DNA of 64,000 bases from Selaginella moellendorffii (lineage: Eukaryota > Plantae > Lycopodiophyta): contig NW_003314283.1 of the NCBI RefSeq assembly GCF_000143415.4, positions 1,788,330 through 1,852,329 on the forward strand. Direction: 5' to 3'. Of the stretch, positions 39,239 through 51,908 are shown piece by piece (positions within the stretch are counted from its first letter, which is position 1; each line of letters begins with the position of its first letter). Position numbers and translations under genes: made by a program. The notes beneath the pieces are model-generated. The model saw only the letters and a list, made by a program, of their open reading frames with translations, had not been told where the DNA came from and did not search any database.

Positions 39239-41430
39239 TATGTCCATTGGCACATCAACAGAGACGTATTTGTTTAAAGATCCATTGCCTCCACCACCAT
39301 CACCTCTACCATCACCACTTCCACCACCGCCATTGCCACCTCCACCACCACCACCGCCACCATTGCCACCACCACTGCCACTATTGCCTCCGCCCCCACT
39401 GCCACCACCACCACCCTCACCATCACCACTGCCACCTCCACCTTTACTCCTCCTTGGCCCACCACTAGCACAAATCCCTGAAGTTGGGCAATCTAGTGGT
39501 GCTCATGATAGGGAACCTGAAAAACAGCTTGGAGTTGAAAGAGTTGCAGACCTTCTTAACAACATGGTGGACAAACACTTCCAAGAAACTATTATGTGGA
39601 CAAAGGAAAAAGCAGTTCACCAAACGCTTGAGAAGCTCAAGTGGCCAAGCGATCAGAGAAATCCCCTTTTGCCATTTGCAGCAAATGAACTTTGTCCGCA
39701 CAGCATCCAAGTATGTCAACCTGGACATATACAGCTTGTTCAAACAGAACGGCCTTGCGACGAATATCAATATGTTTCTAGTCTTTTTTTGCAAGCCAGG
39801 AACAATAGAGATTATTACCGTCATACCTGAGATTGTGAATAGCTAGGATCCTATTTGAAGGAGGAAGTCCCTAGAATTTGATAACATACTTATCAAACAT
39901 CCTAAGACTCGACAACTTGTGGGAACAATGTTCTAAATTATTGACGGTAACCACCGATATGGGGCTTGGATGAAGTGTATTGACAATGATTTTCGTGATG
40001 ATCCCGTCTACCATATCAATGTTCTAGTTGGCCATGTCTAGGCGAAGGGACATTTGGATGTCAAAAAATTATCTAGGCCTGCCAAAAGATCAATGCATAA
40101 GTTTTATAATTTTACAACAAACTCCACTTTAACTTGTTTTGTCATGTTTAAATGCAGGCTTGGGCAGTTCACTGTTCAAAAGCAAAATTTTGTCCATGAC
40201 ATCAAGCAACTTTGATTTTTGGCAGATTTGAGTGAGGATGACATTCGCTAACATTATAGTGATAATCTCGCAACACTTGTTCGGAACTCACACACTCGAA
40301 ATGACAGTACAACTTAGTTCAACAACCCAATCAAATTTATGCTCACTATGTGGTGCAAGGTATGTCTTTCCCTTTCATTTTATAAGGGCCTCTTTTTATT
40401 GTTTTGGTTTTTAGCCTTTGGTGAAGGTCAAACAAGATGCTTATGAACTTGCATATCCGGTTTAGGGTCGGGAAAAGATTTCGGTTAAGTTTGTACAAAT
40501 TGAGCACAAAATTCAGCATGAAAAGTCTTCAAAGTTGAAGAAACTAGTATGCATTGTAAATAATTGTAGGCCGAAGGAATGGCTAGAGATTATAGCTGAA
40601 ATTTCTTCTCATAAATGTAAGTTTCTTATCAAACTTCATTTTTCTCAATTATGCATATATTACTTTTGTAGTGAACAAAACTCCAGATGACATGATTTAC
40701 AATATTGCAAATTTGAAGCTTCTATATAAGCAACAAATATGGACTCTAGAGTTCCTCAATGTCTGCTTGATAAACAGAGAGAAAGGACTGCCAGAATTAT
40801 TTGAGAATATGATAAGAAGGGCTGTCTACATCACATAAACTATAAGTGAAAATGAGAAGTTCTTGGCACCGCACATTGGTGACGATCTAGATAGCACATT
40901 CATGTCTTTTGACACCTACATCAACACATCATTGGAAGGGATCGAAGAGGGGTGGCTGCCAGAGAAATCTACAAGCACAACAACTTATTATTGCCACCAT
41001 GGTTAACCTTGTTTCATGCGACATGCAACTTACAGGTATAATATAATTTCTAAGACTTTTTTCAAATATATATTTTTTACAAGTATCTTCGATATAAAGG
41101 CATGCCATTTGAGACACCAGTTTCCACTTGACTTGTTGCAAAGGGTGTAAGGGATGGAGGAATGTACCCAACAATGTTTGCGAGAGTTCCAAAGGCACAA
41201 AAGATAGAATGCCCTTAGGAGTTGGAGCTCCTAGGGAAGGAGACCTTTATACTAGATTACGAGGAAGTTGTCAATGTTAACAATGATGGCAATGCAAGTG
41301 ATGATAGAGATGAGGATGAGGAAGCTCCTATAAGCAACCAAAGAGAACGACTTGAGAGACGGTCCATGGGGTTCAAATATAAAGGGAAAGGGCCCATGAA
41401 TAAGAGTGCACCCCCTTGTCCAATCGACTA
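39239..41430 (+). pseudogene. Decayed multi-exon gene with a poly-Pro N-terminus and a ParB/Srx-like IIDGNHR motif (M1 cargo)
   Basis: CCA-rich tract 39283-39460. F*IIDGNHRYGAWMKCID at 39931-39984. Homologous to 59900-60420. Short GT-AG introns; boundaries approximate. Confidence 0.55.
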
Positions 41431-43200
41431 AGGGTCTTGGGATACTTGGGGTTAAATGTTTTTGGGTTTGAATAGTACTGGGCTGGGTGACCCCCCGGAA
41501 AGTCAAAACTCAGGAGCTTACAACTCTAGATCAAGTTCGCTAAAGGTATATGTACATTACCCTAGTCCCAAAGGGATCAAAACAACATTGAGAGTGCACT
41601 CTCAGAGAAACTAACAAAACTATGAGCACCAATGCTTGGCACTACTTTTGGGGTGTCCACCTCCCAAATGACTCCACCGCAACACTTGAAACCATCTGCT
41701 CCATGACTTGTGAGACTTGCCATGGAGCGCTCCATCACCAACGTGCTTCCGGTGCCAAAACACTGTCCAATCGCAACAAAGCTCCAACTCGTAGTGTGTG
41801 AACATCCTCCAACTTGAGGCTAGAGTGTGCTACCTTGCCTCCCACATGAGACAACTGCGCCAGCTCATCTTCAAATAAGTCCTAGCCCTGCAATAGGGAC
41901 TAGAGAAATGGCATGAACTTCCTCCTAAGGGAGCGAACTCCAAAGCAGGCATAAAAACCCTAAGTTCTAAGTTTTTAGAGTGAGCTATAAGGTGCTACAG
42001 AGAGAGTGTGAGGAGGAGTTTGCAAGCTTTCACGATTTGGGGCTTTTGTTTCTAGGGGGAAATCAAGTTGTGGGAGTGATTGAGGCAAGGAAGAGGGACG
42101 TCGCCAGCTTCACTAGTCCTCCATTTGCCTCACCGGAGTGACTATGGCAAAGGACGGGCTCTTTTTCTCGTTTCAACTTCACAGCTGGCATCTAGGGAGT
42201 GGTGAAAAGCACTCCCAGCAGCAGCGCTTCATTCAGATCTGGGATCTGGGAGATCTGGACAACCCTAGCTCACACTCTGGAATTAGGGTTCTTGGGCAGC
42301 AGCTAGGGTTAGGGTTCCTGGCAGCCTGCTGGCAGCTAGGGTTAGGGTTCACCCTATTCTAGGGCTAGGGTTCCTTGGCAGTTAGGGCTTCTAGGGCTGG
42401 TGGTGGCAAGAGGCTCTTAAGGCATCTTGATAGTGGACGGACAGTTGCAAAAGTTCTAGAAATGGAGCTCTTTGCCAAGATCTATGCAATCTTGCTTGCC
42501 TTGACGCGTGATGATGACGGTAACGGTCAAGGATTGGTGGAGCTGGATGTCACTTTAGGGGTGACTTGGAGTAGCTGGGACTTGAAAAAGTTCCTAGCTT
42601 TCTGAATTCTCTTTGGAAGACCATGCATGTGTCTCACTTGACCAATTAATAGGGCTGACCAAGTGCGGAGATGCTTCTTTCAAGAGAAGAGAGGAAGAGG
42701 AGGAAAGAGGAGAGCCCTACGTGCTGCTACCGCGGCACATGCATTGCTGCTGCCATCCTTTGAACTCCCTCCCTTAGTCCTCCTCACTCTCTCTCTAGCA
42801 CCTTTTAACTCACTCTCAAAACTTACAACTTAGGGTTTTTGCTCTAGATCAAGTTCACTGAACATGTATGTACATTCCCCATGTCCCAATGGGACGAATA
42901 CAAAAACTAGGCATGCCGCCCTCTTAATAAGCTACTCTACGTGATCCTCACATGTCACAGCTGGACCTAGTCCAGGAGTAAAAGTGGACATGGTTTTGCT
43001 CCAAATCAAGTTTGCTAAATGTGTATTACATTCCCCATGTCCCAATGGGACTAATACAAAAATTGGGCATGCCGCCCTCTCAATGAGCTACTTTATGTGA
43101 TCCTCTTGTGTCACAGCTAGACCTAGTCCTAGAGTAGAAATGGACATGGTTGTCTCGATCGAATCATATCGATGTCAAAGTCTCCCATACAAGTTGAACG
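41430..43200. repeat. Unclassified repeat remnant with TAGGGTT tracts (~42283-42400) and a ~160-bp tandem duplication (~42845-43150) whose start also appears at ~41525
   Basis: ATCAAGTT...TACATT...GTCCCAA.GGGA occurs three times. Termini were not identified. Confidence 0.45.
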
Positions 43201-43429
43201 TAGAACAGAGTCTAGGGGACGCCATTGTGAGCCCGGGTAGGTTTTGAGCTCATGAGCTCATGAGCTAAGCTCACGAGCTGAGCTCACGGCTTCTGAAACA
43301 CAAGAAAAACATTGGTTCGTCCCAAACTAACATCTTTTCATTTTTCAAATTTTGATTTAATCTATATTTCAAAGTAAATTTGACCAATAAAATACAAATA
43401 TAAATATAGATCCGAACACTAAAAGCAAT

Positions 43430-45480
43430 CTAAAAACACTTCTCAAGCTCTACAACTGTAAAGCTTGCCTGGTGGATGTGATGGTCGATTTTAGGATTTT
43501 GGTTTAGTTCCTGCATAAAAATGTAATAGATGTGCTTGCAAGCTAAATATACTTTTCCCCTATTCTCCCTTTGTGTAAAATCTGGATAGGTACAGGATGG
43601 ATTTTTATAGATTTTGATAGTATAGCTCGTACCCTTTGACAACTCAGTCACAACAACAAACTCCTTAACCACAGCACTGATGTAATTTGTTTTTGTGATT
43701 GTGCACTTCAGCTCTTTTGCTAGCTTGATCTTCTCTTGTGCACCTTTTGAAATGGAAGACCTGTATTGTACAACCTTCCCATTCCTAGCTAGTCGTGTAT
43801 GCCGGTCTAGTGTTGATATTGGTGGCATAGCAGTACTAACAGCAACATTTGTGGAAGTCTTTAGCTTGAAACCTGCTCTCTCTAGACTTTCAATCTCTTC
43901 TTTCAAAAGATTGCAGCTTTGCTCAACTGGCCATTCTTCTAGCATAGAATTTGGCTTCGAAATAATTGAACTGTGGATCTGGCTTGTATGAGTAACATCA
44001 GTTCCACAACAGTAAATCTAGCTTGACTAGCAGCCCTTTACCCCTAGATCTTGACAGCTTTAGAAACATGGCACTGTTGAAGAACTTGAATGTGAACGTA
44101 TAAATGCAAGACACTGACCTCGACTCCCAATCATTATGGAGCAACGTGCATTGCTATTGGCATTGACTCTTTGAATTGCCTAGCTGATACAAAAAACTAG
44201 TTCACGAGCTATTATAACCTTCTCAACCTCTGGCACTAGATTTACTTGTGTAACAACTGGCACCTCCTCCACTCCATATTCCTTAGTTTTTTTCCGGTGT
44301 CATAGAACAAAATGGTAGTCAAACACTGGACAATAAGAGTTGGAAGGAGTGATGTTACGCCTATCAAATGTCTGTGGACACTTCATACAGGCTGTCCTCA
44401 TGACCTCAAGTGGTTCATAACTTGATTTTATAGGAGTTCTAGCAACAACTTCCTCCACTATCTTAGATATTGACTTTACTTCTAATGTTGTCCTACCAAC
44501 CCACTCTCGAAGCCTATCTAAGTTTGGACCTGTACCAACAAACCTTGCTTCTTGTGCAGTGAAAGCTTTTGATGATTGCTCAGTGAGGTCGGAGAGCGTA
44601 GCTTCACAAAGGGACACTTTTCCTTTCCCTACTTCCGAAGCTCTCCAACTCCAATATTTACTTTCAGAGAGATTAATTGTTGGTGTAAGTGCTATCTCAT
44701 CAAGTGGTTGATTCTGGGAAAAATGCAACATTTGAATGTGATAAAAAAGAAAATGAGAGAAAGCTTCCATGGAGAGTATAATGACCCCATTGAAACATTC
44801 GAACTTCCCACCATACAAACCAGTATTCCATTTGTGAAAAATGTTCAATTGGCACTTTGTCTCCTTCATGCCACTATATGCACATCTCATTTGCCTTTGC
44901 CTCATGCTCCTCTTTAATTGGTGCATCCATCCATTCCCAACAAAGTTGCTTAAACTCGTGATGGAAGTCAAATTTGATGCATCGACAACGTTCGTTGACA
45001 CTCTTTGCCCAATAAAATTCACAACTCTTCTCTCTACTTTGTAATGGCTAACTTTATCACCTCCAAATACTTGTCGTACAGCCAACCAGTTAGCACCAGC
45101 AGCATCTGCCATGAAACCATGGAAGTTGGGTTTCTTCCCGGCTCGCTATTCAACAACCTCGGACATACATGTCCAAAAGAAGGTTTGTGCTTGAAAATCT
45201 TGAACCTTGAATTTGGCTATAGCTATAGTTAAGTTGCACTACAACCTATAAAAGGAATGATTATAATGTAAATCGGTATGGAATCCTTAAAAAATGAATA
45301 ACCACTTACTTGTGATTATAAACATGACCTCCCATTGTTGACTAGTCTGAAACTCGTTCCATGTAGTCGAAATGGATCTAGGAATTAGCCAAGTCCCCAT
45401 CTCCATGCATATCCATTCATTATACAAGGTCCACACCAAAAACAAGACCAAGGGTAGACATCTTAAATATGAAAGGGTGT
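43430..45480 (-). pseudogene. Decayed MULE-like transposase with SWIM finger (element M2), 3' part; the 5' part continues at ~58009-58940 beyond copy C
   Basis: IHFD (first D), GFMADAAGANWLAVRQVFG (second D) and TINLSESK (E) resemble the Mutator DDE core. SWIM remnant SCTYPDF...LACKHIYYIF. Confidence 0.7.
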
Positions 45481-45909
45481 AAGCTCTATTTCGTTAAAGT
45501 GGGAATTGTCATTATCCCACTTGTAAAATAAGGTTTCCAAACCTTTATATAGTATATAAATATAACAAAATTCAACTGCATTGAGGCACATGCCATTTTA
45601 TTTTAAACAAGGAAATGTCTACTCAATCACTTCTCCTCCCCCTGCCACTGCTTCACCTCTCTCTTCTCCTTGTCATCGTCGTCCAATTTCTTTCCATCCT
45701 TTTAATATTGGCTCCGTTGCTCCAAGTCTAGGTGGAGCCCAAGTCCCCATTCAATCTTTACTTTCCCCTTATTAATAAAACAACTTCGTAGACTTCCAAT
45801 AACATGTTGTAAATGCAAATCCTCTCAAAGAATTGTCTTTTAATATTAATACAATGGCATGGAACCCCATGCCATAATAAGTTACATTTTTAAATAAATA
45901 CATGCCATC

Positions 45910-46772
45910 TCAGACTGTTATTTTTTGCCTCCAACGCCTATACAATAATCTTGGAATTTCATCACTCTCCACACTATCAGGATTTAAACCCAATAGTAAT
46001 GCCATCTCTTCTCTAATACGTCCACGCTCATGTTCAGTGGTCGAAGAACCCATCCAGTTGAGCAGATTATGGAGATGCGGATAGTGCTTGGCTAGACAAT
46101 ATACATGCCATAAATGATGACTGGTGTCTGTCCGATCAAATGGCTTCTGATATACCGTTCCATCTGCCATTTGGTTGATTTCTGCAGCCACCTCCTGGAC
46201 TGGCCGGTTCTCTATCACCATCGCTTCAAGCCGTTTTGCAAGGTCCCCCAGAACATACGGTTTCTTCTCCCTAGTTTCCATACTGCAAGAGATGGGGTGC
46301 ACTGCATATGTGTGCGTGTTCGCTGCAGTTTTAATCGGCGAGTCATCGATGATGAGGATTTCACTTGACCTAGCAGTCCGGTTCATCACTACAGCCTCTG
46401 CCTTGACGAAGATGGGCTTGCTACCCCTCACATGGACCATAGTCAAGCAATCCTCCTGCGTTAGAAGAAAGTCAAATGGTAATATTACTCGCGTCTGATC
46501 GTGCATCATCTGTAGCAACGTTAATGCATTGTGGCGCATCATGGATGTCCAAACTCCCAATTGCAAATTGAACCCGGCCCTCTGTTTTAAGTGTCGCATG
46601 GTCATTATTGGATCCCGTAGTTTCTCCCGTGTGATTAATGTGAATCTGTCTCTTTTGACCAACTTGCGACCGCAGGCTTTGGAGGGTGCAGTGACATTCG
46701 AGGACGAGCCACGCTCATGGGAGAAAAGGACACCGTTCAGATCAAAAACGATACAGTACTTTCGCCGTGACT
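45910..46772 (-). CDS. FCP1/SCP-like HAD phosphatase terminal exon, copy C
   Basis: IVFDLNGVL...GVWTSM...ILIIDDSPIK motifs; open reading frame. Confidence 0.8.
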
Positions 46773-48727
46773 CTGAAATGAAATGCGTCAGCATAAAAAA
46801 TGGTACAAGTCAATTTTATAATCTACAATATTAGCGAATGGTGCTCCCGATGGTCGTTCAGAGGGTTTTGGTCGAGGAAACGTGAAGGGCGGAAATACTC
46901 TCCTCTGCAATGTGGGGTCAATCGCATCCGATGGCGTGTGGGCACATGCCATTTCAGCTGTAGACTCTGGTACAACTGGCTCAACAGTGGCATGGGGTGG
47001 TTCCGATGGCGTGTGATCACATGCCATTTCAGCTGGTGCCTCCGTTGGCAAAGTGGACATGACCGAACAGGCAGCAGGGGCGGTGTAGGGAGGTTCCAAC
47101 GGCGCGTAGTCAGACGATTGGGCACACGTTGGAAATGAGGATACGACCGGCTCGGCGGTTGGGGCGGCCTCATGCGGGTCCAATGGCGCCTGGTCACCGT
47201 CAGTTGGATACGTGGACAAGATTGACTCAGTGGTATGGGCAGCATCAAGTGGAGCGTGGTCAGCTTGCTTGGCGTTGATATGGATAGTAGCCTCCACCAG
47301 CTCTAATGACTCTTGCAGGCAAGTAGAGTCCACTGGCGGATCCATATGCATGTCCAAATATCTCCCTTCGATTGAGATGGTATCCTCCCGTGCTACTAAA
47401 AACAAACTCATTAGCACATTGAATCGACTATACTGTATTTACCATCAACTGCTATTGAGGAACTAGGACCGATATCACTTGGGCGCACTGCTGATTCTGA
47501 AGGATTGGACATACGTTTCGACCCTTGCTTGGCACTATCCTTCCTCGACACTAAAGGCTAGAGTTTGTATCTTAATTCAACTGAATAATCTCTACTTACC
47601 ATTTCTTCTGCGACCTACATGGACAATGTTAGAAATGGTAAAAGGTTAGGAATGGATGTACTATTATTTACCTGATGGTTTGTCTTGTATGACCTTCCTC
47701 CGCTGCTCTTTGGCCACCTCAGGCTGGCCATCGTTGTCATCATCGTCGTCGTCGTTATTGTGATCGTCACCATTGTGAGGACCATCCAAGTCCTCTTCGT
47801 CCTCCTCTTCTTCATCCTCCTCTTCTTCGTCCTCCTCTTCTTTGTCCTCCTCTTCGTCCTTCTGCTCTTCCTGCTCATTATCTTTCTCTGGCTCCTCATC
47901 CCCCTCCTGCATTTCTTCCATAGGCTGCTCAGGCTGCATGGCTTGTTTTTCCAGGACCATCTTGGGAAAATCATCTGGCCGAGTCTCCATCTCAAAATAC
48001 AAGACATCCATAGCCTGTTTTAGTGCCTAACCTAGGACCGTATCCTCACCCGACTGTTTTAACATGGTTTCTGCACGTTCTTGCACCCTTCGAAGACGAC
48101 GAGATGAGAAAAACGTGGCCCTGACTTGAAAAGCATCCCTCATCCATTGTACCTCTCCATTGAGATTGGGGAAGGGGAGTCCGCCATAGGAATCTGAGTC
48201 AGAAGGTGGTGACTGGCTCCTTTCACTCAGCCCTTGATCTGCAATGAATGGCATGAGCACACACGCCATAACCGCGAGGCATTACCTATCATCTTTTCGT
48301 TGCCCTTTCGTAAACCCTAAACGCCTTTGATCCCGACGACTGTCCAACGTGCTTTCGCTTTTTATGACCACTGTCAGTTTGAGCTTGGCTGGTGCTTGCC
48401 TGTTTTGCCTTTGAAGAAGTGTCTCCTGCAAGGAATGGCATGAGACCACACGCCATTGCAAATATAATTTGTACCTCCTTTTTTCCTATTGCTTGTCTGT
48501 TTGTCCTTCTTCGATGCGCCACCAGTGCGCTTTTCAGTCCTCGTGCCTGAATATTCACAACGATCTATAATCAAAATGGCGTGAGGCCTCACGTGACCTT
48601 ACCTTGTGCAGGTTGTGACCTCGGCCTAACATCAGTAGCTGTTAACGCCGTTTCAGCATCTGGGGGTGGCCACGCTCCTGCATACAGAGCTTGTGAGATA
48701 ACATTTAAACTTAAAGTGCGTACTCAC

Positions 48728-51059
48728 CAGGTTCGCAGAGAAGATACTGTTTTTCTTTGGCAACTGTAATTATATGCTCCATTGAAGTCACTTCTTCAAT
48801 GGAGTTTGTCACCGCAACACACGGGACACCCTTGAGTAGTGCGGCTCGAAAGAATAGTCCACCGCAGTTGTACTCGACAACGCATTTGCCCTTGGAGTCA
48901 CCCGCTATTGCGTTGAAGACCCAGCTGAGCATTTCCCATGCTGCACCTGGAGCTTTCTTTGGATTCGAAAGCTCCATAGCCGTCTTCAGTTCCTCAGGCA
49001 CGGGTAAATTGACCTCCCTCAGATCAATTCGATTGGCCTTGTCAAACGAAGTTGGGAAGTAACTCCAGTCCCACTCTGCTGCAGGACCAATAACAAGGGC
49101 GAGTGTGAAGATGCGGACATTCGTCGGTATCTTCTTCTTAGCCATTATCCCATGGATCTCCCACATCTCCTTGCCTTTCAACCGAGCCTTCACCTCGTTC
49201 AAGGCCTTCCAGAACTTGTGATAGGATTCGGAGTCGTAGATCATATAGTGGACTGAAGATTCCACCTCCGCAAGTCCCACCATTAAGTCAATGATGGAGC
49301 TGACTTCGTCTGCATGAGTGATCTCTTCGTTTGTGAAGTCCATCACACAAAAGATGTTCTTGACCTGCTCATCTCCGCGGGAAACGATGCTCCTCCACCT
49401 TTGATCCTCATCCGAATTCACGTATACCCGGTAAGGTTCTCGATAGGCCTCTGCTGCGGGGTCGAGCTGTTTCTGAAGCCGGCGGTCGACATCCCTCTTA
49501 ATGAAATTTGGATACTGATCCAACTTCTCAGCTTTACTTTTCGTGGCATCCCGCAGCAGATCGATGAACTTGGGGGCCCCCTTCACGTAGTCGTCGATGT
49601 CTTCATTTGACAAGTCCAGCTCTTCCATCATCTCTTGCGTGGTGTCGATGCTCACCCTCGCCACGGCCACTTGCTCGAAGATCCAATCCTTCAATAGCGC
49701 ACAAGCTCTCAGAGTCGTGCACAAGTCCTCGTATGTCACAATATGGCCGGGAGTCATTTTGGTCTTGTTGAAGACTACCTCACCACGTAGAAGAGCATTA
49801 GCCATTGTCAGAAGGTCATCGTCATCTAGAGACCGCGAGAAACGCAAGGCGTTGAGCTTCAAATCATTGGGCTTCCGGCCGTCCTCCACACCCATTGAGT
49901 TTAGCAACTCCCCGTCATGGTACCTCCTCAGCACATCTACCCATTTGTCAAAAACAACTTTTGTCGCGAGTACAATGTTATGGATGCTGAGTTTGTCATT
50001 GACCCCCAGTGTTTTCGAGAGAAGACTCGAGAATTCCTGCAATGGAAATGGCCTGAGGCCACATGCTATGCCACATGCAACGAGGCTTACCTGCCAGGCG
50101 CTAGTTGCTAGTGCACGTCCTTGTCCTGGTTTTTGTGGCTTCTTCAGTTGAACCCAGAGCTTCCGTGTTCGTGCCAATGTCTCGTGCAGACCCGATTTGT
50201 AGCACGTTTCTTGCTTGACATTCTGCGCGTGGGAGATGTATATGATAGATCGGAGGGGCGAGTTGCCTTTTATCAGGCGGACAACTCTTGTTTTGAAGAC
50301 TTTCTTCACCTCCTCGCCCACCATAATATCCACAACTATCTGTTGCATCGCCAAGCTAGAATGCTGCCCGGAGACGGCATAGAACCGGATGTTCTGATCG
50401 TCCAACACCTTCCTATTGATCAAGTCTGGAAACCTCGTCTTGCCCTTCATTGTTCGGTAGTAGAGGATCACGTCTGCGATGTCGGGTGTTACTGGACTTG
50501 CCAGCATCTTCTGCTTCAGTTTCTCCATCCACTCATAAGATACTAGCCTGTGGTTGTATTTGCTTTGGATCTCGATACGGCTCACGTCGATTGTATATAC
50601 TTTGTTGGAATAGTAACAAGTACTATTATCTGCGACGATTTTTGCTGCCTCTTCTTGCTCTTTCTGCTCTTTGCGGCTCTTCTTTTTGGTGGGTGTAGTG
50701 TTCGAACCCGAGGCAATGGCATCACCGAGTAGCTTCTTTTTTGGAGAAGCAAAGTCGGACGTCGGCTTGAGCTTGACCACCCTTTTCTGCTTCGGGGTAG
50801 TTTCCAGATCGACCCCCTTCCCCTTCGCTTCGCAAACTGGAGGCACTCTCAACAGCTCAATGTTGGAATATAGTTTTTGAACATCGCCGTAGGTGAGGTC
50901 CATAGATTCCATGTGATCTTCATAGACCCACAGCGTCTTTGAAATTGTGGGCCTCTTGGACAACCTCTCCCTAGCTCCCTCTAGGAATTCCTCATAGCCG
51001 CTGCCCCCCTCCGGGAAGCCACTAGGATGTGCAAGGTGGATCTTGAAGGCGGACGCTGT
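48728..51059 (-). CDS. Exons 3-4 of the cargo gene: ParB/Srx-like domain (~50200-50600) and amino-methyltransferase-like fold (~48760-49360)
   Basis: IDVSRIEI..YNHR..WMEKLKQKM..VILY..FYAVSGQHSSLAM..VRLI..ISHAQN fits the ParB N-domain pattern. NPKKAP..MLSWVF..GKCVVEYNCGGLFFRAALLKGVPCVAV resembles the C-terminus of beta-class N4/N6 MTases. Both are recognised by eye only. Confidence 0.6.
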
Positions 51060-51719
51060 CTGTACCACAAGCCAGTCCATATTCTTGCATGGAACTGCAT
51101 GGAGTGTCTGTCACTTGGATGAGGATCCCCATGCATTCTTTTCTCCCACCATCTGTGTTGTACAGCATCAGATCCTCGCCTTCCATCCCCAAAGTCCAAC
51201 TGGTGAGCTCCTCCCCCTTCTCTGCATCCACATTGACAGTGGCTGGAAGAAGAACGCAATTCCTCGCCTGTTCAGAAATGCACAACAATTAGAGCTGACA
51301 GATGAAAAGCTAGTAGCTGGAAATAACGTGAGGCCACACGCCATTCACCACTACATCAGATGTCTTGAGGCTGCATCCTAAGATGGCGTGAGGCTACACG
51401 CCATCTTTAACCGGACTACACTCGAGAGCCCAATCGGTGCATGCCAATGTTGCTACTGAATGGCATGTGGCCTCATGCCATTTTCTACTTGGCCTAAAAG
51501 ACTTACCATTTGAAGCCGAATGGAGGCCGTGACAATCGAGGCCGGACTCGCTGGCGAATGTGCACTGTGTGTGCAGCGGATCGTAGCAGCAAGGCTACTC
51601 TGCCACTTACAGTTGGAGAGTGGTGCTGAAACCTCTCGGGACGCCAAGTGGGCTGCGTGTGGGTGGCGGAGTGGGCGGCGGAGTTGGCGGCGAAGTTACA
51701 AACTGGGTGTGTCTTGAAG

Positions 51720-51908
51720 TGGACGCCGATGCACACGAGCACGATGCGAGCGCGAGTGTGATGCAAGCGCGAGTGGACGCCAATGCACACGAGAAACCTG
51801 TAGAGAAGTGAGCGTGATCGCGAGTGGGAGCGCGATGCGAGCGGGAGCGCGAGTGTGATGCGAGTGCGAGCGCGAGTGTGATGCGAGCGCGAGCGCGAGT
51901 GTGCGAGC
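51720..51908. repeat. GC-rich degenerate (GCGCGAGTGTGATGCGA)-type repeats upstream of the cargo gene start; also at 26335-26495
   Basis: Directly visible. Confidence 0.75.

Larger units (their letters stand above)
45910..51509 (-). pseudogene. 12-exon cargo gene (~1600 aa): ParB-like, MTase-like, acidic, Pro-rich and FCP1-like phosphatase parts; lesioned in its 3' half in this copy
   Basis: ATG at 51509-51507 followed by GTAAGT. Introns at 51506-51268, 51114-51060, 50090-50037, 48727-48678, 48602-48547, 48474-48426 and five more short ones, all phase-compatible. Lesions: a frameshift near 48311, TAG at 48027-48029, and a destroyed last splice donor. Confidence 0.72.

Noticed and set aside
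39168-39830. Extensin- or formin-like host gene
   Set aside because: It is only a CCA-rich low-complexity tract leading into a frameshifted TE cargo pseudogene.
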